Part shown: in pieces, positions 14,611-28,237 of the stretch
How positions within the stretch are numbered: the first letter of the stretch is position 1
Layout of the letters: the number at the start of each line of letters is the position of its first letter
Position numbers and translations under genes: made by a program
Notes under the pieces: model-generated
What the model was told of the DNA's origin: nothing
Databases searched by the model: none
The model's input: the letters and a program-made list of their open reading frames with translations, nothing else
From: Mytilus trossulus
Lineage: Eukaryota
Direction: 5' to 3'
Assembly (NCBI RefSeq): GCF_036588685.1
Contig: NC_086379.1
Location: 85,126,001 to 85,190,000 of the forward strand
DNA length: 64,000 bases

Positions 14611-15357
14611 GAATAAGTTAACATTGAAATCGTCAGTTGATTCCCCATTGGAGTTATTTTCCTTTAATGACTATTTTTACCGATTTCTCTTTTTTAACGA
14701 TTAGAAATGTATCTTGAAAATAGATTGTTAAAAATTGAACAAAAGTAGATACTTAGAAAAATGATCAGCAGTACACGTCCAACAATATGAATGAATTAAA
14801 TTCTATGATAAAGTGTTGGAGAGTGTTCATTGCTGAAGATGTACATTAACCTAGTTGAGTGACTCACACAGGCTCCTTAGAGATTATTTACAGACCATAT
14901 GAAGCATTAAGCAGGTATTAGTCTTATTCGTAGTTAATAACTGAATGTTAAAAGTATTGTTTATATATAAACTTCAAATTTTAATATCGTAAAGTGATTT
15001 GAAAAATATGCTTTGAATTCTCAATGTTCTCTAAAGTACATGTATATTTTTCTTAATTCGGTTACAAAGACACGATTTGTGCTTGTCATTATTTCATTGA
15101 ACCAATAATTAATTAATATAAAAGATATAAATGGGATAAGACATTTTTGTGCAACGTCATCCGTGGTATGAATGGAAGAGTCGTATACCTGTACAGATGT
15201 TTGATTAAAAGATTGTTAAGATAAGGGGTAAAGTTCATATAAATATTCATCTACGTATGTGTCTGTTAGATTATTTGACTTATTAATTGACATTGGAAAT
15301 ATTGAATATGTGATAAGATATGTATTCAATACGTAGAAACACATGATAGGGACATAA

Positions 15358-18300
15358 CATACTCATGATATCTTAAACATTGCTCTGCGCATGTCCCCAG
15401 TATAAGATAGGATACTCATGATATCTTAAACATTGCTCTGCGCATGTCCCCAGTATAAGATAGGATACTCATGATATCTTAAACATTGCTCTGCGCATGT
15501 CCCCAGTATAAGATAGGATACTCATGATATCTCAAACATTGCTCTGCCACATGTCCCTAGTATAGGATATGATACTCACGAGATCTTAAACATTGCTCTG
15601 CTACATGTCCCCAGTATAAGATAGGATACTCATGACATCTTAAACATTGCTCTACCACATGTCCCTAGTATAGGATAGGATACTCATGACATCTTAAACA
15701 TTGCTCTGCCACATGTCCCTAGTATAAGATAGGATACTCATGACATCTTAAACATTGCTCTGCCACATGTCCCCAGTATAGGATAGGATACTCATGACAT
15801 CTTAAACATTGCTCTACCACATGTCCCTAGTATAGGATAGGATACTCATGACATCTTAAACATTGCTCTGCCACATGTCCCCAGTATAGGATAGGATACT
15901 CATGACATCTTAAACATTGCTCTACCACATGTCCCTAGTATAAGATAGGATACTCATGACATCTTAAACATTGCTCTGCCACATGTCCCCAGTATAAGAT
16001 AGGATACTCATGACATCTTAAACATTGCTCTACCACATGTCCCTAGTATAGGATAGGATACTCATGACATCTTAAACATTGCTCTGCCACATGTCCCCAG
16101 TATAGGATAGGATACTCATGACATCTTAAACATTGCTCTGCCACATGTCCCTAGTATAAGATAGGATACTCATGACATCTTAAACATTGCTCTGCCACAT
16201 GTCCCCAGTATAAGATAGGATACTCATGACATCTTAAACATTGCTCTGCCACATGTCCCTAGTATAAGATAGGATACTCATGACATCTTAAACATTGCTC
16301 TGCCACATGTCCCTAGTATAGGATAGGATACTCATGAGATCTTAAACATTGCTCTGCCACATGTCCCTAGTATAAGATAGGATACTCATGACATCTTAAA
16401 CATTGCTCTGCCACATGTCCCCAGTATAAGATAGGATACTCATGACATCTTAAACATTGCTCTGCCACATGTCCCCAGTATAAGATAGGATACTCATGAC
16501 ATCTTAAACATTGCTCTGCCACATGTCCCTAGTATAAGATAGGATACTCATGACATCTTAAACATTGCTCTGCCACATGTCCCTAGTATAAGATAGGATA
16601 CTCATGACATCTTAAACATTGCTCTGCCACATGTCCCCAGTATAAGATAGGATACTCATGACATCTTAAACATTGTTCTGCCACATGTCCCCAGTATAAG
16701 ATAGGATACTCATGACATCTTAAACATTGCTCTGCCACATGTCCCTAGTATAGGATATGATACTCATGACATCTTAAACATTGCTCTGCCACATGTCCCT
16801 AGTATAGGATATGATACTCATGACATCTTAAACATTGCTCTGCCACATGTCCCTAGTATAAGATAGGATACTCATGACATCTTAAACATTGCTCTGCCAC
16901 ATGTCCCCAGTATAAGATAGGATACTCATGACATCTTAAACATTGCTCTGCTACATGTCCCTAGTATAGGATAGGATACTCATGACATCTTAAACATTGC
17001 TCTGCCACATGTCCCTAGTATAGGATAGGATACTCATGAGATCTTAAACATTGCTCTGCCACATGTCCCTAGTATAAGATAGGATACTCATGACATCTTA
17101 AACATTGCTCTGCCACAGGTCCCCAGTATAAGATAGGATACTCATGACATCTTAAACATTGCTCTGCCACATGTCCCTAGTATAGGATAGGATACTCATG
17201 ACATCTTAAACATTGCTCTGCCACATGTCCCTAGTATAGGATAGGATACTCATGACATCTTAAACATTGCTCTGCCACATGTCCCTAGTATAGGATAGGA
17301 TACTCATGACATCTTAAACATTGCTCTGCCACATGTCCCCAGTATAGGATATGATACTCATGACATCTTAAACATTGCTCTGCCACATGTCCCCAGTATA
17401 AGATAGGATACTCATGACATCTTAAACATTGCTCTGCCACATGACCCTAGTATAAGATAGGATACTCATGACATCTTAAACATTGCTCTGCCACATGTCC
17501 CTAGTATAGGATAGGATACTCATGACATCTTAAATATTGCTCTGCCACATGTCCCTAGTATAAGATAGGATACTCATGACATCTTAAACATTGCTCTGCC
17601 ACATGTCCCTAGTATAAGATAGGATACTCATGACATCTTAAACATTGCTCTGCCACATGTCCCTAGTATAGGATAGGATACTCATGACATCTTAAACATT
17701 GCTCTGCCACATGTCCCTAGTATAAGATAGGATACTCATGAGATCTTAAACATTGCTCTGCCACATGTCCCTAGTATAAGATAGGATACTCATGACATCT
17801 TAAACATTGCTCTGCCACATGTCCCCAGTATAAGATAGGATACTCATGACATCTTAAACATTGCTCTGCCACATGTCCCTAGTATAGGATAGGATACTCA
17901 TGACATCTTAAACATTGCTCTGCCACATGTCCCTAGTATAGGATAGGATACTTATGACATCTTAAACATTGCTCTGCCACATGTCCCTAGTATAGGATAG
18001 GATACTCATGACATCTTAAACATTGCTCTGCCACATGTCCCCAGTATAGGATATGATACTCATGACATCTTAAACATTGCTCTGCCACATGTCCCCAGTA
18101 TAAGATAGGATACTCATGACATCTTAAACATTGCTCTGCCACATGACCCTAGTATAAGATAGGATACTCATGACATCTTAAACATTGCTCTGCCACATGT
18201 CCCTAGTATAGGATAGGATACTCATGACATCTTAAATATTGCTCTGCCACATGTCCCTAGTATAAGATAGGATACTCATGACATCTTAAACATTGCTCTG

Positions 18301-19935
18301 CCACATGTCCCTAGTATAAGATAGGATACTCATGACATCTTAAACATTGCTCTGCTACATGTCCCCAGTATAAGATAGGATACTCATGACATCTTAAACA
18401 TTGCTCTGCTACATGTCCCTAGTATAAGATATGATACTCATGACATCTTAAACATTGCTCTGCCACATGTCCCTAGTATAAGATAGGATACTCATGACAT
18501 CTTAAACATTGCTCTGCCACATGTCCCTAGTATAAGATAGGATACTCATGACATCTTAAACATTGCTCTGCCACATGTCCCCAGTATAAGATAGGATACT
18601 CATGACATCTTAAACATTGTTCTGCCACATGTCCCCAGTATAAGATAGGATACTCATGACATCTTAAACATTGCTCTGCCACATGTCCCTAGTATAGGAT
18701 ATGATACTCATGACATCTTAAACATTGCTCTGCCACATGTCCCTAGTATAGGATAGGATACTCATGACATCTTAAACATTGCTCTGCCACATGTCCCTAG
18801 TATAGGATAGGATACTCATGACATCTTAAACATTGCTCTGCCACATGTCCCTAGTATAAGATAGGATACTCATGACATCTTAAACATTGCTCTGCCACAT
18901 GTCCCTAGTATAGGATATGATACTCATGACATCTTAAACATTGCTCTGCCACATGTCCCTAGTATAAGATAGGATACTCATGACATCTTAAACATTGCTC
19001 TGCCACATGTCCCTAGTATAAGATAGGATACTCATGACATCTTAAACATTGCTCTGCCACATGTCCCTAGTATAAGATAGGATACTCATGACATCTTAAA
19101 CATTGCTCTGCTACATGTCCCCAGTATAAGATAGGATACTCATGACATCTTAAACATTGCTCTGCTACATGTCCCTAGTATAAGATAGGATACTTATGAC
19201 ATCTTAAACATTGCTCTGCTACATGTCCCTAGTATAAGATAGGATACTCATGACATCTTAAACATTGCTCTGCCACATGTCCCTAGTATAAGATAGGATA
19301 CTCATGACATCTTAAACATTGCTCTGCCACATGTCCCCAGTATAAGATAGGATACTCATGACATCTTAAACATTGCTCTGCCACATGTCCCCAGTATAAG
19401 ATAGGATACTCATGACATCTTAAACATTGCTCTGCCACATGTCCCTAGTATAAGATAGGATACTCATGACATCTTAAACATTGCTCTGCCACATGTCCCT
19501 AGTATAGGATAGGATACTCATGACATCTTAAACATTGCTCTGCCACATGTCCCTAGTATAGGATAGGATACTCATGACATCTTAAACATTGCTCTGCCAC
19601 ATGTCCCTAGTATAGGATATGATACTCATGACATCTTAAACATTGCTCTGCCACATGTCCCCAGTATAGGATAGGATACTCATGACATCTTAAACATTGC
19701 TCTACCGCATGTCCCTAGTATAGGATATGATACTAATGAGATCCTTACCATAGCTCTGCCTCCGCATGTCCCCAGTATAGGATAGAAATGATATTAGATC
19801 TTAAACATTGCTCTATCACATGTCCCAAGTCATAGGATAGGACACATAAGAGATCTTCAACATAGCTCTGCCGCCGCATGTCCCCGGTATAGGATAGAAG
19901 TGATATTAGATCTTAAACATTGCTCCACCACATGT
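15358..19935. repeat. 54-bp satellite array, ~84 units
   Basis: Consensus GATACTCATGACATCTTAAACATTGCTCTGCCACATGTCCCYAGTATARGATAG. The first units are 53 bp and the last are degenerate. Variants recur at 702 bp (13 units). Confidence 0.99.
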
Positions 19936-20704
19936 CTTTGGTATAGGAATTCCGATCAAGGTTACAATTGCAACTCTTTCGAATACCAAAGATCTGATTT
20001 TTTGAACAACTGTCCATCGTACACGTTTATGATGATGCACCAGTCTTTAAGTAGAATAATAGTCCGTCAAATGACGATGTTTCAATCTTTAAGCAGAACA
20101 ACCCTCTGTCACATGATAATGTTTCAATCTTTAAGCTAAGTAATCGTCCGTCATATGATCATGTTTTATTCTAGAAGCAGAACAACCATCCGTCATATAA
20201 TTTTGTTTCCGTCTTTCAGCAGAACGATCGCCCGTCTCATGATTCTGTTTTAGTTTTTCAGCAGAACATCCGTTCCTCAACGATAATATACAATTCCTTA
20301 AACAAAAAAATAAACCGTCCGTCATACGTTAATGTTTCAATCTTTGACCAGAACATTCGTTTGCCATATAATGATGTGCCAGTCTTTAAGCAGAACCACT
20401 GCCTGTCTCATAATTATGTTTCCGTCTTTTCGCAGAACAACCGTCCGTCATATGACCACATCCCAGTATTTAAACAGAAAAGCCGCCCTTTATATGATTG
20501 CGTTTCAGTATTTACGTCGATCAAATAATAATAATGTACCATTGTTAAAGCGGGATCAACAATCCGTTTCATTTTCAGTCATTAAATTGTACCATTCTTT
20601 AAGCAGGACCAACTGCATGCCATATCATAAAACAAATTTTTTTAAGCAAGAACAACTGTCCGCCCTATGATAATGTACCAACCATTAAAAAGGAACAACT
20701 TCCC

Positions 20705-20957
20705 GTCATTTTTATAAATTTCCTGTTATTAAAACTTTGATTTTTTCGAATAAACTAAGAATTTTCTTATCCCAGGCATATATTACCTTAGCTGTATTTG
20801 GCACAACTTTTTGTAATTTTGGATCCTCAATGCTCTTCAACTTTGTACTTGTTTGGCTTTATAAATATTTTGTTTTGAGCGTCACTGATGTGTCTTATGT
20901 AGACGAAATGCGCATCTGGCTTACTAAATTATAATCCTGGTACCTTTTGATATCTAT
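20705..20957 (+). mobile_element. Partial retrozyme copy with mutated hammerhead (core CUGAUGU, stem III altered)
   Basis: Aligns by eye with 21255-21507, 26705-26961 and 32694-32890; hammerhead-like motif at ~20878-20922. Confidence 0.85.
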
Positions 20958-21106
20958 ATAACACTGTATCAGTCCGAACGCTGGAATAACCGCCCGTCAC
21001 ATCATACTCTTCCAGTCATGAAAAAGTGGAACAACTGTTCCTTCATATAACACTGTACCAGTTTGAAAGCTGCCCTTCATATCAGTCTTGAAGAAGTGGA
21101 ACAACT

Positions 21107-21507
21107 GCGTCTGGCGTATTAAATAAGAATCCTGGTATTTTTGATAACTATTAACACCACTGGGTCGATGCTACTGCTGGTGGATATCTCGCCCCGATGG
21201 TATCACCAGCCCAATAGTCAGCACTTCGGTGTTGACATGAGTATCAATTAAAGGTCATTTTTTAAAATAAATTTCCTGTTTACAAAACTTTGAAATTTTG
21301 GAAAAACTAAGGATTTTCTTATCTCAGGAGTAGATTACCTTAGTCGTATTTGGCACAACTTCTTGGAATTTTCGGTCCTCAATGCTCTTCAACTTTGTAC
21401 TTGTTTGGCTTTTTAACTGTTTTGATCTGAGCGTCATTGATAAGTCTTATGTAGATGAAACGCGCGTCTGGCGTATTAAATTTTAATCCTGGTACCTTTG
21501 ATAACTA
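21107..21507 (+). mobile_element. Full-monomer non-LTR retrozyme copy (357 nt between two GUC cleavage sites); hammerhead core mutated (UUGAUAA)
   Basis: gcgtc^tggcgtattaaa...cctggta..tttgataacta is directly repeated at 21107 and 21464; cleavage positions 21111 and 21468. Confidence 0.85.
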
Positions 21508-21944
21508 ACTACCTTCATATAACACTGTACCAGTCATCGCCCGTCATATGATACTGTTCCAGTCTTGAATCAGGAACACCATACAATAATGCGCCAATCT
21601 ATAAAAGGCTAACAACTTTTCCTGATATCCTGTGGTATTTGTCAGATAAAAAGCTTGGAACTCAAAGATTACAGCAAGAACAACCGTCAGTGATGATTGT
21701 TGTAAAATAAAGTAGAACACATTACGTGCATGCAATGGTTATCAGCAATAGTTCACCATAGGACTCACTTCGAACATGTTGCATACTTTGAAGATTATAA
21801 TTACTACCACGGGCACCAAACATAGAACTTTCTGCCTTGAACATATCACATACATACAGGAAGTACTCTTACCTTGAAAATAAAACAAATAAAACCGAGA
21901 AGCATAGTTATTATCATACATTCTAAAGTAAAAATGGGTTGCAA

Positions 21945-22180
21945 ATAAAGGCAACAGTACTATACTGCTGTTCAAAACTCGTAAATTGATGGACAAAAAA
22001 CAAAATCGGGTAACAAACTAAAACTGAGGGAAACGCATTAAATATAAGAGTAGAACAAAAACCCAATATATTAAAATGTAACACACACCGAAACGGATTT
22101 AGCATTAGACAAAATCCAATGAGAATAACAAACATAACATCAAAACCAAATACTAGTACATAAATTTGGGATAGAAATTC
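21945..22180 (+). repeat. Interspersed repeat family (taaaggcaacagtagtataccgctgttc...)
   Basis: Close copies at 36145-36355, 36560-36805, 25225-25560, 32913-32960 and inverted at 35240-35497. Confidence 0.8.
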
Positions 22181-22619
22181 TAGCAGCAAAAGGTAATATC
22201 TTCAGTAATCAATGAAGTATAAGAGGAGAACAACAAATGCAAAAGTGACATTCACGTGATGTAAGATGTAAGGTTCCATTACACACAAAAATGTACTTAA
22301 TATATAAACCCTTTCGTCACACTTGTAAAAATAATTTTATTAATTTCTGCAATGAAATAAAATGGAAGAGCATTACGCTCATTTTGCATTAAAGAATTCA
22401 AATCATTGCGACAACTGTTTGAAATGACCTGTTCCAAGCAAAATTTCTGTCTGTCCATATACAACCTACTATGTTTAAGAGTGAGTTCAAACTTCCAGCC
22501 CTGCACTTACAGATAAAAATTGACACTGAACAGTAAGGCAAACAACAAGTAATCTATTAAGGACAGCCTAGAATCTTCTGAATTGAAGACTGAAGTTTAT
22601 CATTGATTACATAACCGAA

Positions 22620-22900
22620 AAGATATTATGGCTGTGGATATTGACCTTCATTAATAACTAATGATATTGCCCTCCGTTAATAAATGAAGATATTCTCCTT
22701 CGCTGATAAATGAGGATATTTTCTTCATTGATTGCTGAAGATATTACCCTTCGCTGCTAGCTGGGGATATTGCCCTTCTTTGATGACTGCAGATTTTGTC
22801 TTCGCTGATAACTTAGGATTTTGCCCTTCCTTGATAACAGTAGATATTGCCCATCGCTGCTAGCTGGGGATATTGTCCATCGTTAGTAACCAAGTATATC
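22620..22900. repeat. Degenerate ~26-bp minisatellite
   Basis: About 9-10 units of gatattgcccttcgctgataactgag-like sequence. Confidence 0.75.
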
Positions 22901-25900
22901 CCCTTTCTTTTTTCTTCTTATTCTTGTACATAATTTTTAACATCATCTAGTCTGGAGAAAAAACCCATCAACTATAAAATATTCTACGTACCATTGTCAT
23001 TCCCATAACGTCTATATATTTGCTTTTGTATAAAATTTACAGTGTTTTACGGATTTTGAGATTATACAAATAATCTGGAAGCTTGCGTGAATTTCCCAGA
23101 TGTTCTCTGTAATTGCACCAGGGAAAAGTCATCTCGCCCCTTCAATACAATTTACCTTGTACTATAAACGACTACTCAATGTTCTATGTCGTGACATCCA
23201 GTAACGGTTAATATTCTATATAATTAATCTAATTTCTTCTATTAAGTGATTTTACACAAGCAATAAATTGTTTATAAGTACCCGTAAGGGCTTAATGAAG
23301 ACCAAACCATTTTATAGATGCTTAATACTTGACAACAATTTTAGGACCAATGATACTCCATTCCAATCAAATATACAATTATTGTTTAGACATAATTCGC
23401 ATTCGATTACATTTACCAAATACTTGTAAAGCTTTATTTTGGATTTGTGAAATTCACTTTTATAGAGATAATAAACGTGGAGTGTTTATAAACACGAATA
23501 TTCTATAAAAGTGAGACAGAAGTAACGGAAGGGAAATTCAAACTTATGGGTGGATGATAATACTGACAACGCCATGGCCATAAACTAAAAAAACTAAAGC
23601 ATAGAAAAGGTAAGACTTGGCAACCTGAAATCAAACTTAATCGGGGTGTTATCTCATGTGCTCCGAAAATGGTAAGTAGACCCTGTTCTTCCTGCTATAA
23701 AAACCTATGCTGATATGCTATATCAAGTGATTTGGTTTTCACGCAATAGTGGATTGATAATTAACCCATTATATAACCCATTATATAACATTTGTAAACC
23801 ATCGATAATTTATCGGCGATCATAAACATTGTTCGAATGAGAAATCTGAAATTGAACGATTAACATTAATCAGGACAAATGATAGACAAGACTGTCCTGG
23901 TAGGAACAGCAGACAGGGTAAAATTAAAAAGCACAACACTAAAAACGAATGCGTATATCAAAATTACAATATGTCTGAAATAAACAGTAAGCAAAGTATG
24001 TACTAATCAGCGTTCTTGCTTGGATTTTTATCGTTTGTGGAAGATATGTGAAACATTCCTTTGACACCGGTACTAGGGAGCGTCTTTTACTTGCAAGTGA
24101 AGTGAGAGTTTATTTGTTCGTGGTGACGCGACTTTGAGACGAGGAGCAGCAATGAAAGCGCTGTTCCTTTGCTTTTTGTGTGTTCAAGTTTTGCTGTGCA
24201 CATACTGATTTTGTGTCATGGATGGAAACCCCAATTCATTTATTTTTCTATTTGATTCATCTCATTTTTGAATTTTTGAATAATTCTTTAACTTAAATAA
24301 ATAGTTTAAAAATGAGCAAATAAAAAAAAATGATCCTCATACAAATCCTTTGTAATTATAATGTACTTACTTTTTCTTTTATCCATTTTTTTAAAATTAT
24401 TTTCTCAATATCAATTGTAATTGTAAACGCTGTCAGATTAAACTAGTCATTATTTTATACCGAAGCGTCAATAAAAGCTAGGGCCAATAAAACTCCTTGT
24501 TAATTATATTGCTGTAAGTTGATACATAGTAAATATTAATTTATAATTAACAAGAGGAAACTGATACAATGACAGCAATATTATTGATTTATTTATAAAA
24601 CCACGTGCTTTATTCGGCGTTATATAATGAAAATACAAGTTTAAATGAAAAACTTTTTATGGTGAAACAATATGACGAAAAACGTTATAAAATGAACGAA
24701 AATTTCATATTACAATGTGACATTTTATTTGTAGGACTGATTGAAACATGTTTAAAGAATGGAAACCTTCAACTTTCAGGACATAACTCAAAGTAAGTTA
24801 GTTAAAAAGTAGATTCGATACTTACTCGGCATTAAATTTCTAGCCCCTTATATTTCATTTGATAGGATTACAATAGGATTTTGATTTTGTTGTTAATTAC
24901 GTACAAGTATATGCAATTATCATAATTCAAAATTATTACCTACATTAACTATCATTAATTTATTTGCCTGTATGGGTACTACAGGGGGAAATCATTTCTG
25001 TCAATTTTTATGCTAAACGCATTACGACAGGTTTTTCTCCTTGTCGATTACCATAATTTCTTTTCGTTCCCTCTAGAACTACCATCTTTCTATATGGAAC
25101 ACCTTTGTGTCCCTCTAGCTCGTGAACTTCATCGTACTATTTTGAAAAAACATTTTTCTTTCCCTCTAAAACTGCATCGTCCTGTATTGGAAGATACTGT
25201 GAAACTATGTAGTTTAACAAAGAAAACCGTAGTACAACGCTGTTCAAAAGTCATAAATCGAACAAAGAAAAAAAAAACAACAACAATCCGGCTCGCAACC
25301 CAAAACTGAGTGAAACACATCATCTGTAAGAGGAAACAAAACAAAACAATAGAAACAATTAGGTGCTACAAAATCAAAAACATACATAGAAACGGACTAT
25401 GTGATAACAACTGTTATATTCCTGATTTTGTTTTTTGTCCATGGATTTATGAGTTTTGAACAGTGGTATACTACAGTTGTCCTTATTGGTACAGGACATT
25501 TTAAGAAAAAAATGTGGATTGAACCGGGTTTTATGACTAGCCAAACCTCGCGATTTTAAGGCAATGTTTAAAATACCGCTAAAATGACAACATTACGTGA
25601 CATTAATACAGTAAAAATAAACGAAAAAACACTCAGGACAGAGGAATACATAAATAAAAAGTACATGAGTACATAACAACATTAAAACAGTTAAAAACGG
25701 ACTCCTTCCATTTATTTACGACTATTCACCTAAACCCCACAACAAAATATAAACTGTGCGTCACACGAATGTTCCAACGCCACAAAAAGTGACCTCACAA
25801 TGCGAAAAATAGAATATAAACTTGGAATTAAGTTTGTATTGTGTTATTTTATATATTTTCTAACCACTTCAAGAGTTTATTCAATTTTTGAATGATTATC

Positions 25901-26611
25901 AACTTCAGTAACAAACTGAACTTTGCTGAATTTATTTTAAAATATTTCGATATCAATATTTTGAATGGATTAAACCCTTTATACATCACTTAGTAGTAAA
26001 ATATTTTCAGTGTTTGATATATAAGACCAACTGTAAATACAGTAGGTTGTTTTTGTAGGCGAACAAATGAAAATAAGTATAATGGAGCACACATTGATTA
26101 CTAAGCTTGATAAAAGAATTTCAAATCCTAGGAATTACATCTATAATGTGACAGAGTTCAGTACAAAGTTGCATTAAACTTAAAATAAAGTGTGTTTATC
26201 TTATCTTACTTTAAATATGAATACATTTCATAAATTCTTAAGTTCATAGCATTGTGGTCCAGTAAATTTGACATATGACCTTGAAACATATCATTAGCTC
26301 GTAGTGGATGGGAGACGTTTATCAAAATACCAAATTTTAATATAAGTCCATAGAAACTGACAATAGCTCGTAGTGCATAGGAGACGTTTAACAAAATACC
26401 GAATTACAATATAAGTCCATAGAAACTGACAATATCAAAAACAACTGTAAATTCATAGCTTGGTAAAGACATTTTACGAAGATATTGTTGGGTTCTATGC
26501 CTAGCCAAACCTCACAATGGTATGATATTTATTTTCTCATAATTCCGTAGTATTGACAGATACGCTAGGTTAATATGACAATATTTGAGATCCATCAGGC
26601 AAAACTTTGTA

Positions 26612-26961
26612 ACCACTGGGTCGATATGCCACTGCTGGTGGACGTTTCGTCCCCGAGGGTATCACCAGGACAGTAGTCAACATTTCGGTGAATATCAATC
26701 ATGTGGTCTTTTTTTTTATATAAATTTCCTGTTTACAAAACTTTGAATTTTTCGAAAAACTAAGGATTTTCTTATTCCAGGCATAGATTACTTTAGCCGT
26801 ATTTGGCACAACTTTTTGGAATTTTTGATCCTCAATGCTCTTCAACTTTTTACTTGTTTGGCTTTATAAATATTTCGATTTGAGCGTCACTGATGAGTCT
26901 TATGTAGACGAAACGCGCGTCTGGCGTAATAAATTAAAATCCTGGTACTTTTGATAACTAT
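26612..26961 (+). mobile_element. Retrozyme copy with intact hammerhead
   Basis: Colinear with 21157-21507 (accactgggtcgat...gataacta). Confidence 0.9.
26884..26927 (+). ncRNA. Minimal type I hammerhead ribozyme (intact)
   Basis: Stem I GCGUCA/UGGCGU; core CUGAUGA; stem II GUCU-uaugu-AGAC; GAAA; palindromic stem III AC-gcgc-GU; GUC cleavage after 26921. Confidence 0.92.
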
Positions 26962-28193
26962 TGGAACAACCGATAACGCTAGCAGTGCACATTCCCATTC
27001 ACCGTGCAATGTGTAGCCTTTGTGAAGTTGAGCCCTTAATGCGCCAACGTTGTTACTTTCAAAAAGCGATAACGAATCCTCGCTCGATACTTAAAGGTAA
27101 AATTATTACATCGTTTAAGTTACAAGTTTTGCTTCAGGCACTCTTATAGACGGTAAAGTTTTATGTAGTGATTTTTTTTCAATCTTTTTTTATTTATCGA
27201 GAATTTTCTAAATTTATCTTGGTTTTTTTTTTCAATTTCTGCATATTCGATTTATGATATTTTTAATTTTTGATAATTTAATTGTTAATATTTAAAATCT
27301 TAAGGGGATTTTCTTTTGAATATTTGAACTTTTGAATTTGAGTTTTTTTTAATTGAATTGATAATTTCAATTTTTGATAATTTGTTAATTTTTGTTAATT
27401 TTTTAATTTCAATATTTTGTTAATTTAAATGTTTCTGAATTTTTTAATATTTGAAGTTGTTGAATTTATAAAAATTTAAATTGAATATTTAAATTTTTGA
27501 ATTTGAATTTATTCAATTGAATATTTCAAATTGCCCAGGTGAAAATACTTTAAAGGGTAAAGGGGAGGGAAGGGGAAGTGGGGCGAGGTGTGCCAAAAAA
27601 AAAAGTCCAGCCACAACGCCACAAGAATTTAAGGGGATATAAATGATCACTCTCAACAACTTTTGCGTTATGCTTATTCACCGAGTCACATCACTTTCGT
27701 ATTACCAAAAGAAGATTTTTATATTTAGAAATGTTTATTTGCCAAGGCAGAAAGACCTTTGGATTTTTATGAGAGCATCTGTTCAATTTTGATCGATGTA
27801 CATTTATTGATAGAAGTCTGTTCTGGTAATTAATCCTGAAGACAGACAACGTCCAAACCTATGATTGCGTTGGATAAAAAACAGCAACTTTTATACGTGT
27901 TTATGTAAAACAAAATTTCGTTTGTAGAGGGGTCTAAAAAAAACCACAAACAACATTTTCCAAAAGACCAAAAAGTGAAAAAGTATATTTTAACAAAGCG
28001 CAATTGACTAATAGGTCGATATACTGATGTTCTTAACCTCTGCTGATTGCCATTGACGATTGCCAAATAAATTGATCACGAGATGTAACAGAGTGGATCT
28101 TTATATTATTTCAGTTATAGTTACCAAATAGAAAACAATAAACTTGCGACAAAGATGGTAAACCACAAAGGTAACATGAGGTACCAAATTTGT

Positions 28194-28237
28194 ACACCAT
28201 ATCCATATTTCTACAATTAATGTCTCTTCGGTAATGA
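28194..28237 (-). ncRNA. Decayed hammerhead remnant of a different retrozyme family
   Basis: - strand reads atcatta-CCGAAGA-gaca-ttaat-tgta-GAAA-tatggata-tggtgt: hammerhead spacing with several core and stem mutations. Confidence 0.45.

Larger units (their letters stand above)
1356..14885 (+). mobile_element. Degenerate Helentron-associated non-autonomous element (HINE-like) hosting the 38-bp array
   Basis: 5' end tttagatcacctgg...aaaggg followed by a (gtccgtc)-type microsatellite at ~1420-1476. The 3' end at 14853-14885 (agttgagtgac..acaggctccttagag) resembles the subTIR + hairpin end of bivalve HINEs as I recall them. Sequence right of the array resumes with aataagttaacatt, as in the earliest array units. 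Confidence 0.5.
20000..21590. repeat. Degenerate ~42-bp minisatellite interrupted by two retrozyme insertions
   Basis: Recurring gtttcaatctttaagcagaacaaccgtccgtcatatgataat-like units that drift into acactgtaccagt...gtggaacaact units after 20960. Confidence 0.75.

Noticed and set aside
15358-19935. 54-bp unit (18 codons) as a repetitive protein
   Set aside because: Nearly every unit has a stop in each frame (e.g. DTHDILNIALPHVPSIR*), and there is no start or splice context.
19900-20670. ORFs of 79 aa and 112 aa with repeated MFQSLSRT
   Set aside because: By-product of a degenerate ~42-bp minisatellite, interrupted by stops.
26625-26680. Antisense hammerhead-like motif in the retrozyme (CUGGUGA...GAAACGUC on the - strand)
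   Set aside because: The core has A6->G, there is no G10.1-C11.1 pair and stem I does not form. CUGGUG instead pairs with CACCAG in an ordinary branched hairpin.
27170-27530. T-rich tract
   Set aside because: Low-complexity sequence with no definable unit or function.
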